A DNA stretch of 64,000 bases from Planctomycetota bacterium (GTDB lineage: Bacteria; Planctomycetota; UBA1135; GCA-002748355), in contig JALUUL010000079.1 of NCBI GenBank assembly GCA_027021385.1, forward strand, positions 5,738 to 69,737, written 5' to 3'. Positions 46,475 to 55,884 of this stretch are shown in pieces. Numbering within the stretch: position 1 is the stretch's first letter; each line of letters opens with the position of its first letter. The translations under genes were made by a program, and so were the position numbers. The notes below the pieces were generated by a model. That model was not told the DNA's origin and ran no database searches. It worked only from the letters and a program-made list of their open reading frames with translations.

Positions 46475-48334
46475 ATGCTTCGACCGCCGCTCCGCCCATG
46501 GTCCCTCGTCTTCCTTCTCTGGATCTCCGTCCTGTCCTCCTCGCGCATCGGTCCCGCGCAAGGGGCCACGGGTCCCTTGGGGAGCCCCCGCGGTCTGACC
46601 GTCGTCTTCGTCAACGTCGGGCAGGGGGACGGCACGATCCTGGTCGGGCCGACGGGGAAGGTCCTCGTCTTCGATGCGGGTTTCGACGGTCAGGGGACGG
46701 CCGCCATGCTTCCGGCGCTGAAGAAGCTCGGAGCGAGCCGGGTCCATGAAATGGTCGTATCCCATTACCATCCCGACCACATCGGAGGGATGGACGAGAT
46801 CCTCAAAGGGACGACCGTCGACAGGGTTTGGGACCGGGGTACGAACAAGGCCCCGACATACTCCAAGTACTACCAGGCCTATGTCAGGGCCGCCGGAACG
46901 AAGAGGAACACCCTGCGCCTCGGGCAGACCTTCAACCTGGGCCCCGGGGTCGGCGTCCGCGTGGTCTGCCTGGACGGATGGGTTCTCGGGAGGAAGAGCC
47001 GGGCTCCGATATCCGGGACCTACCAGGCGGAGAACGCGGCTTCCGTCGTTCTCGAGGTTACCTACGGGAAGTTCAAGCTCTGGCTCGGAGGTGATCTGAC
47101 CGGCGGAGGGAACAGGACCTACGACATGGAGAGCCTCGTCGCCCCCGTCGTCGGCGACGTGGACGTCTACCAGGTGGATCACCACGGTTCCTGGACCTCG
47201 ACCAGTTCGACTCTCGTGTCCCGACTGGATCCGGAGGTCTGCGTGGCCTCGGCCGGGTTGAAGAACCCTTACGGGCATCCCTCGACCACGGTCCTGAACC
47301 GCTTGAATACGAGAGCCGCTTCCAGGCTGATCCTCGGGACGACCCCGGGAGTCGGATGGCAGGGTTTTTCGACCGCGGGAACGATGACCTGCAGGACGGA
47401 TGGTTGGAGATACGAGTTCGAGGACGCCTCCGGGCGGAAGATCGGTTTCTTCACCGACGAGGTCCGGGGCTATGCCCCGCGGAAGGGGGAGCTCGCGATC
47501 TCGGAGATCCAGAGGTCTTCCTCTCTCGCCTACGGGGAATTCCTCGAGGTGACTTCCGTCGCTCCGGGGCCCTTGAATCTGAATGGGTTGACGATCTCCT
47601 CTGGCGGGGGGACTTTCACGCTGGCGACGACATATCGCCTCCTCCCGGGGGAGAGCCTGATCTTCTTCCGGCACGGTGATCCCTCCAGGAACGGGGGATT
47701 GCCTCTTGGGCACTGCTGGCCCTACAAGGCCTTCTCGCTCGGGGACGCTTCCGACACGGTCACCTTGAGTCTTGGGGCCTCCGGGGTGATCGACCGTGTC
47801 TCCTACGGGTCGGGTTTTCCCGGAGGAAAGAACGTCAGCGCCGAACGGGTGGATCTTCGGGCCTCCCCGAGCCCCTCCAACTGGAAAGCCGCCGTCTCCT
47901 CGTATGGTCCCGGGGGAAAGGGGAGTCCCGGTCGCCAGAATGCGAACGACAGGACGATCCATCCGCTGGGGGCCGGGGTCGAGGTCCAGGCCGTTGGCAT
48001 CCCCTCGGGACCCGCCCTGCACCTGATCGGAGCCGCCCTCTCCAGGGTCGGGAAGCTCGACATCATGGCCTTGTCGATGGGGTCGGTGCCGGGCTTCAAG
48101 GTCTCCTCCGTGAAAGTCCCCCTCAATCCCGATACCCTGTTCTTCTCGAGCATCCAGATCCCGGGGGCGGTCGGAACCGTTCCGGCGGGCGGCTTGAGGG
48201 GATGGCGGATCCCGGTTCCGAGGGTCCCCGGTTTGCAGGGACGGACGGGATGGTTCGGGCATTTCCTGCTCGATCCCTTCGGTCCGAAGCCGATTCCGGA
48301 GGCCTCCCCGTCCGTGAGCTTCCGTTTCCCTTGA
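46475..48334 (+). CDS. Secreted ComEC/Rec2-type metallo-beta-lactamase domain + lamin-tail domain (LTD) protein with C-terminal module (candidate extracellular nuclease)
   Basis: Start re-called to MLRPPLRPWSLVFLLWISVLSSS (signal peptide). FVNVGQGDGTIL, VVSHYHPDHIGG, YQVDHHGS. LTD-like: ELAISEIQRSSSLAYGEFLEVTS...LNLNGLTISS...LLPGESLIFF. No ComEC membrane channel is present. Confidence 0.7.
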   Translation: MLRPPLRPWSLVFLLWISVLSSSRIGPAQGATGPLGSPRGLTVVFVNVGQGDGTILVGPTGKVLVFDAGFDGQGTAAMLPALKKLGASRVHEMVVSHYHPDHIGGMDEILKGTTVDRVWDRGTNKAPTYSKYYQAYVRAAGTKRNTLRLGQTFNLGPGVGVRVVCLDGWVLGRKSRAPISGTYQAENAASVVLEVTYGKFKLWLGGDLTGGGNRTYDMESLVAPVVGDVDVYQVDHHGSWTSTSSTLVSRLDPEVCVASAGLKNPYGHPSTTVLNRLNTRAASRLILGTTPGVGWQGFSTAGTMTCRTDGWRYEFEDASGRKIGFFTDEVRGYAPRKGELAISEIQRSSSLAYGEFLEVTSVAPGPLNLNGLTISSGGGTFTLATTYRLLPGESLIFFRHGDPSRNGGLPLGHCWPYKAFSLGDASDTVTLSLGASGVIDRVSYGSGFPGGKNVSAERVDLRASPSPSNWKAAVSSYGPGGKGSPGRQNANDRTIHPLGAGVEVQAVGIPSGPALHLIGAALSRVGKLDIMALSMGSVPGFKVSSVKVPLNPDTLFFSSIQIPGAVGTVPAGGLRGWRIPVPRVPGLQGRTGWFGHFLLDPFGPKPIPEASPSVSFRFP

Positions 48335-48434
48335 GGAGTCCCGGGGAATCCGACACTTTTCCGGGGGGCTCGGATGCCGTTCTTCCGGACGTTCGAACCG
48401 TCGTCCGCCGTTTCCGCGTTCCCCGAGGCCTGAC

Positions 48435-48989
48435 GTGCAAACACCTCCGAAGGGTTTTCCCGTCCTGATCGATCGTCCATCCCTGGATTTCCGAATCGCG
48501 GAAATGGCCCGCGAGCTCCTGGATGCGGGGGAAGCCGATCCTCATCTCATCTGCGTCCTCGACGGGGGAAGAACCTTCGCGGACCGGATCTGCAAGGCCA
48601 TGGGCCGGGAAGCCGGGGCCTATGACACGATCAAGCTCGCGTCCTATGGCGCGGGGACGACCAGTTCGGGAGCGGTCCGCATCGTCAAGGAGATGAGCCT
48701 CGAGGTGAGGGGACGTCGTGTCGTGATCCTCGAGGACATCGTCGACACCGGACGGACCCTGGCCTTCCTGAAGCGGATCCTCCTCGAGCGGGGGGCCGCC
48801 TCGATCGAGATCTGCACGCTCCTGGACAAGCCTTCCAGGAGAGTGGTCGATGTCGATGTGGATTTGGCGGGGTTCGAGATTCCGGACGTGTTCGTCATCG
48901 GGTTCGGGATGGATCTGAACGGAAGATACCGGGATCTCCCCTATGTCGGGATCTACGAGGAGGCGTCGGAGGGGCAGCAGGCTTCTTGA
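48435..48989 (+). CDS. hpt: Hypoxanthine(-guanine) phosphoribosyltransferase
   Basis: VLDGGRTFADRI...RVVILEDIVDTGRTL...LLDKPSRR...D..GFEIPDVFVIGFGMD....YRDLPYVG. Confidence 0.9.
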   Translation: MQTPPKGFPVLIDRPSLDFRIAEMARELLDAGEADPHLICVLDGGRTFADRICKAMGREAGAYDTIKLASYGAGTTSSGAVRIVKEMSLEVRGRRVVILEDIVDTGRTLAFLKRILLERGAASIEICTLLDKPSRRVVDVDVDLAGFEIPDVFVIGFGMDLNGRYRDLPYVGIYEEASEGQQAS

Positions 48990-49028
48990 ACCGGTCCGCC
49001 TCGCGGCCCTTCCAGATATGCTGGAAGG

Positions 49029-49478
49029 ATGGAGACACTGAGACGGGAAGACCTGGACTCGGACTTCTGGGAAGCCCTCGTGGAGGCGAGGAAGGCCGCG
49101 GGATCGGCCTACGCCCCGTATTCGAGTTTCGCGGTCGGGGCCTGTCTCGTGACGGAGGAAGGCGACCTCATCCCCGGTTGCAACGTCGAGAACGCGAGCT
49201 ATTCCCTCACCGTCTGCGCGGAGCGCGCGGCCCTCTGCGCGGCGGTCTGCAAGGGATACCGCGCTTTCCGGGCCCTCGTCCTCTACGTGGACCGTCCCTC
49301 GCCCGTCTCTCCTTGCGGCGCCTGTCGCCAGAGCCTTTTCGAGTTCGCCCCCGATCTCGTCCTATTCCTCGCGTGCCGGGGGGATATGGTCCGGCGGGTT
49401 CTCCTTTCGGATCTCCTCCCCCTCGCCTTCGGTCAGGATGCACTACCTCCCAGCCCGGTTGATCGAGAAGAAGCGTGA
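49029..49478 (+). CDS. cdd: Cytidine deaminase
   Basis: AYAPYSSFAVGA, NVENASY..TVCAERAAL, PCGACRQ. Confidence 0.9.
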   Translation: METLRREDLDSDFWEALVEARKAAGSAYAPYSSFAVGACLVTEEGDLIPGCNVENASYSLTVCAERAALCAAVCKGYRAFRALVLYVDRPSPVSPCGACRQSLFEFAPDLVLFLACRGDMVRRVLLSDLLPLAFGQDALPPSPVDREEA

Positions 49479-50763
49479 CGGCGACGCGTTGAGCCGCGCC
49501 GAGATCCGGGACCTCGTGGGCGGGATCACGGACGGGACTCTTTCCGACGCACAGCTCGGCGCCCTGCTGATGGCGGGCTTTCTCCGAGGCAGCACCATGG
49601 AGGAGGTCCGGGATTGGACGGAGGCCATGCGCGATTCGGGGAAGGTCCACGACTTCTCGGATCTTCCGGGCCGGAAGGTGGACAAGCATTCGACGGGGGG
49701 GGTCGGGGACAAGGTCAGTCTGGTGCTCGGTCCCCTGGCCGCCGCGATGGGAGTCCTCGTCCCGATGGTCTCGGGAAGGGGACTGGGGCACACGGGAGGT
49801 ACGGTCGACAAGCTCGGGAGTATCCCGGGGTTTCGGATGGACATGGATTCCGGGACTTTCCGGAGGCTTCTCGCGACCCACGGGCTCGTGATGGCCGCGG
49901 CCACGGGAGACCTGGCCCCCGCGGACCGGCGGATGTACGCGACCCGGGACGTGACCGCGACGGTTCCTCATCTTCCGTGGATCGTCTCCTCCATCCTCTC
50001 GAAGAAGCTGGCCGAGGGGATCGACGCGCTCGTCCTCGACGTCAAGTGCGGGCGAGGGGCGTTCATGAAGGATCCGGCCGAGGCGGGAAGACTCGCCGAG
50101 GCCCTGGTGCGCACGGCGGGGTCCCTGGGATGCCGGGCGATGGCCCGGATCACGAACATGGACAGACCCCTGGGGAGAACCGTCGGAAACGCCCTCGAGG
50201 TTCGGGAGGCCCTGGAGTGCCTTCGCGGAGGGGGCCCAGAGGACCTTCGGGAATGCGTCCTCCTTCTGGCCTCGGACATGGCGGTCTTGGCGGATCTCGC
50301 CGAGGGCGAGGAGGAGGCCCGTCGTCTCGCCCGGAAATGCCTTGAGGAGGGTCGGGCTCTCGAAACCTTCGCGGCGATGGTCGAGGCCCAGGGCGGGGAT
50401 CCGGCCGTCGTCGAGGACCCCGGGAAGGTCCTTCCGAAGGCCCCGATCCTCCGGGTATTCGAGGCCCCGAGGGGCGGTTTCTACGCGGATCTCGACCCCC
50501 TCGCCCTCGGTTGGGCGGGGGTCGTCCTGGGTGCGGGGAGGAAGGTCGCCTCCGATTCGGTGGACCCGGCCGTGGGATTCGTCCTCCTCGCGAGCCTCGG
50601 AGACCGGGTCGAACGGGGTTGTCCCCTGATCGAGATCCACGCACGCGACGAAGGGGCGGCGGAGAGGGCGGCCTTGGACCTCGCCGGAGCGGTCCGGATC
50701 GAGGACGAGGAACCTGCCGCCTCCCCCCTCCTTCTCGGTACGATCCGCCCCGAGAACCTCTGA
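49438..50763 (+). CDS. deoA: Thymidine / pyrimidine-nucleoside phosphorylase
   Basis: LIEKKRDGDALS, VDKHSTGGVGDKVSLVL, MVSGRGLGHTGGTVDKL. Overlaps cdd by 41 nt. Confidence 0.9.
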   Translation: MHYLPARLIEKKRDGDALSRAEIRDLVGGITDGTLSDAQLGALLMAGFLRGSTMEEVRDWTEAMRDSGKVHDFSDLPGRKVDKHSTGGVGDKVSLVLGPLAAAMGVLVPMVSGRGLGHTGGTVDKLGSIPGFRMDMDSGTFRRLLATHGLVMAAATGDLAPADRRMYATRDVTATVPHLPWIVSSILSKKLAEGIDALVLDVKCGRGAFMKDPAEAGRLAEALVRTAGSLGCRAMARITNMDRPLGRTVGNALEVREALECLRGGGPEDLRECVLLLASDMAVLADLAEGEEEARRLARKCLEEGRALETFAAMVEAQGGDPAVVEDPGKVLPKAPILRVFEAPRGGFYADLDPLALGWAGVVLGAGRKVASDSVDPAVGFVLLASLGDRVERGCPLIEIHARDEGAAERAALDLAGAVRIEDEEPAASPLLLGTIRPENL

Positions 50764-50789
50764 GTCCTTCCCTTCGAGCGGAGTCCCGC

Positions 50790-52052
50790 ATGCATCGATT
50801 CATCGCGCTCCTGGGCCTGGTCACGTTCCTCGCGATCGCCTGGTTCTTTTCGACCGACAGGAGCCGGATCAAGTGGAGGACCGTGTTCGTGGGGCTCTCG
50901 CTGCAGTTCGGCCTCGGTCTGCTCGTTCTCTACTGGGAGGCGGGCAACGCATGGTTGCAGGGGGTGAGCCGGGGCGTTTCCGACTTCCTCGGACTCTCGA
51001 TCGAAGGCTCGAGGATGGTCTTCGGGGTCTTGACGGACCAGGGAGAGATCGGGCGCGTGTTCGGACCGCAGAACGGGTTCTTGTTCGCCTTCATGGTCCT
51101 GCCGACGATCATTTTCTTTTCCGCCTTCATGGCCGTCCTGTACCACCTCGGCGTCATGCAGTGGATCGTGAAGTGGATCGCCCGTTTCATGGTCCGATTC
51201 ATGGGTACCTCGGGCTCGGAATCCCTTTCCGTGGCCGCGAACATCTTCGTCGGACAGACCGAGGCCCCGTTCCTGATCAAACCCTTTCTGAAGAGGATGA
51301 CCGAGTCCGAGCTGATGGCGGTCATGACCGGAGGGTTCGCGACGATCGCCGGGGGGGTCTTCGCCCTCTACGTCCTCTTCGGGGTCCCGGCGGAACACCT
51401 GATGGTCGCGAGCGTCATGTCGGCCCCCGCCGCCCTGGTCGTGGCCAAGGTCTTCGTGCCGGAGACCCGGGAGAGCGAAACCTACGGGAAGGTCGTGTTC
51501 CATGACGAGAAACCCTCGTCCAATCTCGTCGAAGCGGCGACGAACGGGACGACCGACGGCCTCACGCTGGCTCTGAACGTCGGGGCCATGTTGATCGCCT
51601 TTCTCAGCCTGGTTGCGGTCGTCGACTGGATCCTGACCTTCTTCGACCCTTCGTTGCCCTGGGGGCATCATCTCTTCGAACCTCGATTGACCCTCCAGAG
51701 GATCCTCGGCTGGTTGTTTTCCCCCTTCGCCTTCCTCCTCGGGGTGGATTACGCGGATGTTCCGGCCGTGGGGCAGTTGTTGGGGACGAAGATCGCCGTG
51801 AACGAACTCATCGCGTACAGCGCCCTCACGAGCGAGCCGATCCGGGGGGGGATCTCCGAGCGTTCGGCGACGATCGCCACCTACGCCCTCTGCGGGTTCG
51901 CCAACCTCGGTTCGATCGGCATCCAGATCGGAGGCATCTCGGCGATCTGCCCGGAGCGCAGGAAGGATCTGGCCCGCCTCGGATTCCGTGCGATGATGGC
52001 CGGGGCGTTCGCGAGCTGGATGACGGCGGCGGTCGCCGGCATCCTGATCTGA
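50790..52052 (+). CDS. nupC: NupC/NupG-family concentrative nucleoside transporter
   Basis: Start re-called to MHRFIALLGL. GSESLSVAANIFVGQTEAPFLIKPFL..MT.SELMAVMTGGFATIAGGV, GTKIAVNELIAY, ALCGFANLGSIGIQIGG. Confidence 0.88.
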   Translation: MHRFIALLGLVTFLAIAWFFSTDRSRIKWRTVFVGLSLQFGLGLLVLYWEAGNAWLQGVSRGVSDFLGLSIEGSRMVFGVLTDQGEIGRVFGPQNGFLFAFMVLPTIIFFSAFMAVLYHLGVMQWIVKWIARFMVRFMGTSGSESLSVAANIFVGQTEAPFLIKPFLKRMTESELMAVMTGGFATIAGGVFALYVLFGVPAEHLMVASVMSAPAALVVAKVFVPETRESETYGKVVFHDEKPSSNLVEAATNGTTDGLTLALNVGAMLIAFLSLVAVVDWILTFFDPSLPWGHHLFEPRLTLQRILGWLFSPFAFLLGVDYADVPAVGQLLGTKIAVNELIAYSALTSEPIRGGISERSATIATYALCGFANLGSIGIQIGGISAICPERRKDLARLGFRAMMAGAFASWMTAAVAGILI

Positions 52053-52068
52053 CGACCGGAGGCCGGGC

Positions 52069-52971
52069 ATGCAGGAAGACGGGCACGGGATCCAGTGGAA
52101 CATCGAGGGGGAGGTCCAGCTCCTCCGCAGTGCGCTCCGCCACCTCGAGAACTCGGGGTTCCGGGGAGCGGATGTCGGGGTCGTTCTCGGGAGCGGCTTG
52201 CGGGGCGTAGCCGAGGGCCTCGAGGACGCGAGGGTCCTTCCCTGTGCGGAACTCCACTGCATTCCGAAACCCAGGGTCCCCGGACACGGAGGGGAATTGA
52301 TCCAGGGAAGGATCGGCGACACGAGGGTGCACTGCCTGTCGGGCCGCGTCCACCTCTACGAGGGCTATCACGCCTGGGAGGTCGTCCGGGCCGTCCGCCT
52401 CCTGGCCCTGCTCGGGACTCCGACGATCCTCCTGACCAACGCCGCGGGGGGGATCCGGGAGGATCTGGTCCCCGGGAGCCTGATGGCGATCCTGGACCAC
52501 GTCAACCTGACGGGGGTGAACCCCCTTTCGGGCCCGAACCACCGCCTCTTCGGGGCCAGGTTCCCCTCGATGACGGGTATCTGGAACGCCGAGGCCCGGA
52601 GAATCCTGAAGGAGGCGGATCCGGGCTCAGGCCTTGCGGAGGGCGTCTACGTCCAGGTCTCGGGGCCTTCCTACGAGACCCCGGCCGAGGTGCGGATGCT
52701 CCGGAGCCTCGGGGGGGACGCGGTCGGCATGTCCACGGTTCCCGAGGCCCTGGCCTTGGCGGCGATGGGGGTCCGGGTCGTCGGCCTCTCGGTGATCACG
52801 AACCGGGCCGCGGGTCTCTCTCCGACGGCTCCGAGCCATGAGGAGGTCATCTCGGAAGGGGACCGGGCCGCGGATCGGGTCCGCGGCCTCCTGGAACGGG
52901 CCCTGCCCGCCCTGGGGGCCCTGGGTCCCCTGGAGCCGAAGAAGGGTTCGCGAAAACGCCGCCGGCATTGA
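52069..52971 (+). CDS. punA: Purine nucleoside phosphorylase (trimeric PNP/MTAP family)
   Basis: VVLGSGL, GHGGELIQG, GRVHLYEGY, LTNAAGG, VQVSGPSYETPAEVRMLRSLGGDAVGMSTVPE. Confidence 0.88.
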   Translation: MQEDGHGIQWNIEGEVQLLRSALRHLENSGFRGADVGVVLGSGLRGVAEGLEDARVLPCAELHCIPKPRVPGHGGELIQGRIGDTRVHCLSGRVHLYEGYHAWEVVRAVRLLALLGTPTILLTNAAGGIREDLVPGSLMAILDHVNLTGVNPLSGPNHRLFGARFPSMTGIWNAEARRILKEADPGSGLAEGVYVQVSGPSYETPAEVRMLRSLGGDAVGMSTVPEALALAAMGVRVVGLSVITNRAAGLSPTAPSHEEVISEGDRAADRVRGLLERALPALGALGPLEPKKGSRKRRRH

Positions 52972-52974
52972 GGG

Positions 52975-53721
52975 TCAGGACTCCTCCTCGGAGTCCCGGG
53001 GGAGGGGGGCGGGGTCCTCGTCTTGGAGGAGGTCTCTCGCGAGGGGGATCGAGAGCAGGACCATCGCGAGGATTCCCCCGGCGAAGACGGCCGCCCGCCA
53101 CCCCTCGCCCGTCATCGCGGCTTCCGAGACCGCGACGTAGAACCAGGTCCCGGGAAGGATTCCGAGGAGGGTCGCCGACAGGTAGTCGCGAAACCTCACG
53201 GGACTGAGTCCGAGGCCGAAGTTCAACGCGTCGAACGGCAGGAGGAGGTTGAGCCGCAGCGCGAGGACCGCGAGGAATCCTCTCCGGCGGAGCCGGTTCC
53301 CGATCCGATCCCATTTCCCGGGATCCTTCCGGATGCCTCGGATTCCGGCGTGGAGGCTCCGTTTCCAACCGAACCGCATCGCAAGGAAGGCCAGGGAGGC
53401 GCCGAGGGTCTCGCCGCAGACTTTCCAGACCGTTCCCATGTGAGGGCCGAAGAGGGCCGCCGCGACGGGAGCGAACAGGACCCCCGGAATCAGGGTGAAC
53501 GGACGGAGCGCTAGGAATCCGAGAAAGCCGAGAGGGGCCCAGGCCCCGTATCCCTGCAAGGCCTTCTCCATCCGGTCCCGCGACTCCAGGATCTCGAGCC
53601 ATCCGGTTCGGCGCATCCAGGCGAGGAAGGCGAGGAGGAGGAGGAGGGTGAGGAGAGGGGGGAGGCAGAGGCGCAGGGCTTCGCGAGTCTTTCCCTTCGG
53701 AAGGATGTCCATGCCACGCAT
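52975..53721 (-). CDS. TVP38/TMEM64 (DedA-related) family membrane protein
   Basis: Multi-TM protein: LRPFTLIPGVLFAPVAAALFG, GETLGASLAFLAMRF, LRLNLLLPFDALNFGLGLS. Confidence 0.65.
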   Translation of the reverse strand: MRGMDILPKGKTREALRLCLPPLLTLLLLLAFLAWMRRTGWLEILESRDRMEKALQGYGAWAPLGFLGFLALRPFTLIPGVLFAPVAAALFGPHMGTVWKVCGETLGASLAFLAMRFGWKRSLHAGIRGIRKDPGKWDRIGNRLRRRGFLAVLALRLNLLLPFDALNFGLGLSPVRFRDYLSATLLGILPGTWFYVAVSEAAMTGEGWRAAVFAGGILAMVLLSIPLARDLLQDEDPAPLPRDSEEES

Positions 53722-53743
53722 GCCCGCTAGTCTGTCCCTCCCG

Positions 53744-54742
53744 ATGAACCGAATCGAGATCCGCCCGCTGGAAGAAGGGGACGGGGCCTCGGTCCTCGCC
53801 GGATGGAACCGGATCTTCCCGGATCAGGACGGCCTGGAACCAAGAGGTCCCGAGGATTTCGACTGGGCGTTCCGCTCGAACCCAACGGGCCCGATGGAAG
53901 CGGCGGTCGCGGTCCTCGACGGGGAGATCGTGGGCCAATACGCCTGCCTTCCGATGCGCAGCCTCAGGGAAGGAGAGGAGATCTCGACGGGTCTCGTCGT
54001 CGACGCCTTCGTGCTTCCTCCCCATCGGAGGGCCTTGGGTAGGCCGGGACTCATCATCCATCTCGCCCGGAAACTGCATGAATGGTACTGCGGTCCCGGG
54101 GCCGCTCTTCGGGAAAGGGGACACGACCTGCTCTATGGGTATCCCTATCCGATCTGGCGCATCGCCCGGAGGTATCTCGATTCCGAGATGGTTCGGGACA
54201 TGGACGTGCTCTTCCGGGAGATCCGGACCGAACCAAAGCGGCTTCCCGAGGGGGTTTCCCTGACAGGGGCGGTCCCGGAGGACGCCGACGATCTCTGGAG
54301 CCGCCTCGCAGGAGAGATCCGTTTCGGCCTGGTGCGGGACCGCGCCTATCTGAAGTGGCGTTACGAGGAGCATCCGAGGAACCGGTACAGCTTCCTCTCC
54401 TTCCGGGACGATGCGGGGAGCCTGCGGGCCCTGGCCGTCGCGAGGGCCGGGCGATACGTCGTCGAGCGGGCGGGACTCCTCGTCGACTGGATCGCTCCCC
54501 GTGAGGAGGAACCCTGCGAAGCGGCCCTGCTCGCGGGTCTGGAAACCTGGGCCGCGAAGGAAGGGCTGCCCCTCCTCCTCTGCGTCCTTCCCCAGAACGA
54601 CCCCCGCTTCCTCCGGTTCCAGCGTCGCGGTTTCCTCGTAGGTCCTCCGAGCCATTTTCTCGTGATGAACAGCTTCCGCGACCATGTCCGGTGGCTCCGG
54701 GACCGCTGGTTCTTCACCCTCGGCGACTCCGATCTCGTGTGA
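53744..54742 (+). CDS. GNAT-superfamily N-acyltransferase, two-domain type (tandem paralog 1)
   Basis: Start re-called to MNRIEIRPLEEGD. IVGQYACLPMR, YLKWRYEEHPRNRYSFL. Ends TLGDSDLV. Confidence 0.6.
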   Translation: MNRIEIRPLEEGDGASVLAGWNRIFPDQDGLEPRGPEDFDWAFRSNPTGPMEAAVAVLDGEIVGQYACLPMRSLREGEEISTGLVVDAFVLPPHRRALGRPGLIIHLARKLHEWYCGPGAALRERGHDLLYGYPYPIWRIARRYLDSEMVRDMDVLFREIRTEPKRLPEGVSLTGAVPEDADDLWSRLAGEIRFGLVRDRAYLKWRYEEHPRNRYSFLSFRDDAGSLRALAVARAGRYVVERAGLLVDWIAPREEEPCEAALLAGLETWAAKEGLPLLLCVLPQNDPRFLRFQRRGFLVGPPSHFLVMNSFRDHVRWLRDRWFFTLGDSDLV

Positions 54743-54770
54743 GACCGTTCCTCTTGCCGATGACCGTTCC

Positions 54771-55778
54771 ATGGAAACGTCGAAACTGATCTTCCGCCCC
54801 TACGAGGAAGGGGACGAGCACGCGATCCTCGAGACCTTCAATCGGACCTTCCGCGAGGTCTGCGGACCCGATTTCGAGGATCGGAACCTCGAGACCTGGC
54901 GCTGGGAGTTCCTCGAGAACCCGTCGGGTTGCAGGATCATGCTGGCCCTGACCTCGGAAGGACGGGTCGCGGCCCAGTACGCGGGGGTCCCGATCAAGGT
55001 TTCGGCGGAGGGACGCGAACTCTCCTTCTTCCACGCGGTCGACTCGATGGTGCACCCGGAGTTCCGGAAGGGCCTGCGCAAGCGTCCGCTGTTCCTCGAA
55101 GTCGCGGAACGGTTCTTCGAGCGGTTCGCCGGGAAGGTCGATCACCTGGGATTCGGGTATCCGGTAAGGCCCGCCTGGAGGATCGGAGAACGTTACCTGG
55201 GATACCGGCTCGTCCAGGTCCTGGATTTCCTGCTCCGCGGGATCGAGGAACCCCTGCCTCCGCACGAGGCCGCGGCGGAGGTCTGCGAGGGAGTGCCTCC
55301 GGACTGCCGGGCCCTCCTCGAGGAACTCGCGCCTCTCCACGCTTGCACGACGGTCCGGGACGAGGGCTACCTCAGGTGGCGGTATTTCGAGGCGCCTTCG
55401 GTGCGATATCGTTTCCTGGCGGCCCGCCGGGCGGGGAAGTTGGTCGGCTTTGGAGTCTGCCGCACCGAGGGCGGTCTCGTGCCGGAGCACGCCGTGCTCG
55501 GAGATGTCTTCTGCGATCCCGGGGACCTGGACTGTCTGGCCGCCCTCCTCGAAAGGGCGCGTGTCGAGGCCTTGGATGCCGGCCGCCGGGGTTTGATGAC
55601 CGTCGTGAATCCGCATCTCGAGTACGATCGGAGCTTGAAGGCCCTGGGGTTCCGGGCGCACCCCTCGGGAGACTGGCTCGAACGGAAACTGGGAGCCAGG
55701 GATTGGACGGCGGGACTCGAGCCCGAATGGCTGCGGCGGAACTGGCACTACTGCCTCGGGGATTCCGACCTCTTCTGA
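54771..55778 (+). CDS. GNAT-superfamily N-acyltransferase, two-domain type (tandem paralog 2)
   Basis: Start re-called to METSKLIFRPYEEGD. VAAQYAGVPIK, YLRWRYFEAPSVRYRFL. Ends CLGDSDLF. Collinear with 53744..54742. Confidence 0.6.
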   Translation: METSKLIFRPYEEGDEHAILETFNRTFREVCGPDFEDRNLETWRWEFLENPSGCRIMLALTSEGRVAAQYAGVPIKVSAEGRELSFFHAVDSMVHPEFRKGLRKRPLFLEVAERFFERFAGKVDHLGFGYPVRPAWRIGERYLGYRLVQVLDFLLRGIEEPLPPHEAAAEVCEGVPPDCRALLEELAPLHACTTVRDEGYLRWRYFEAPSVRYRFLAARRAGKLVGFGVCRTEGGLVPEHAVLGDVFCDPGDLDCLAALLERARVEALDAGRRGLMTVVNPHLEYDRSLKALGFRAHPSGDWLERKLGARDWTAGLEPEWLRRNWHYCLGDSDLF

Positions 55779-55884
55779 GCTACCCGGCGGGGAACCCGCG
55801 TCCTCATGGTCGAATCCTCCTCCCTCTCGAATGATCTAGGATGTCCCGGCTTCCCGCGTCTCGATCCTCGCCAGGCTGCCTCCG

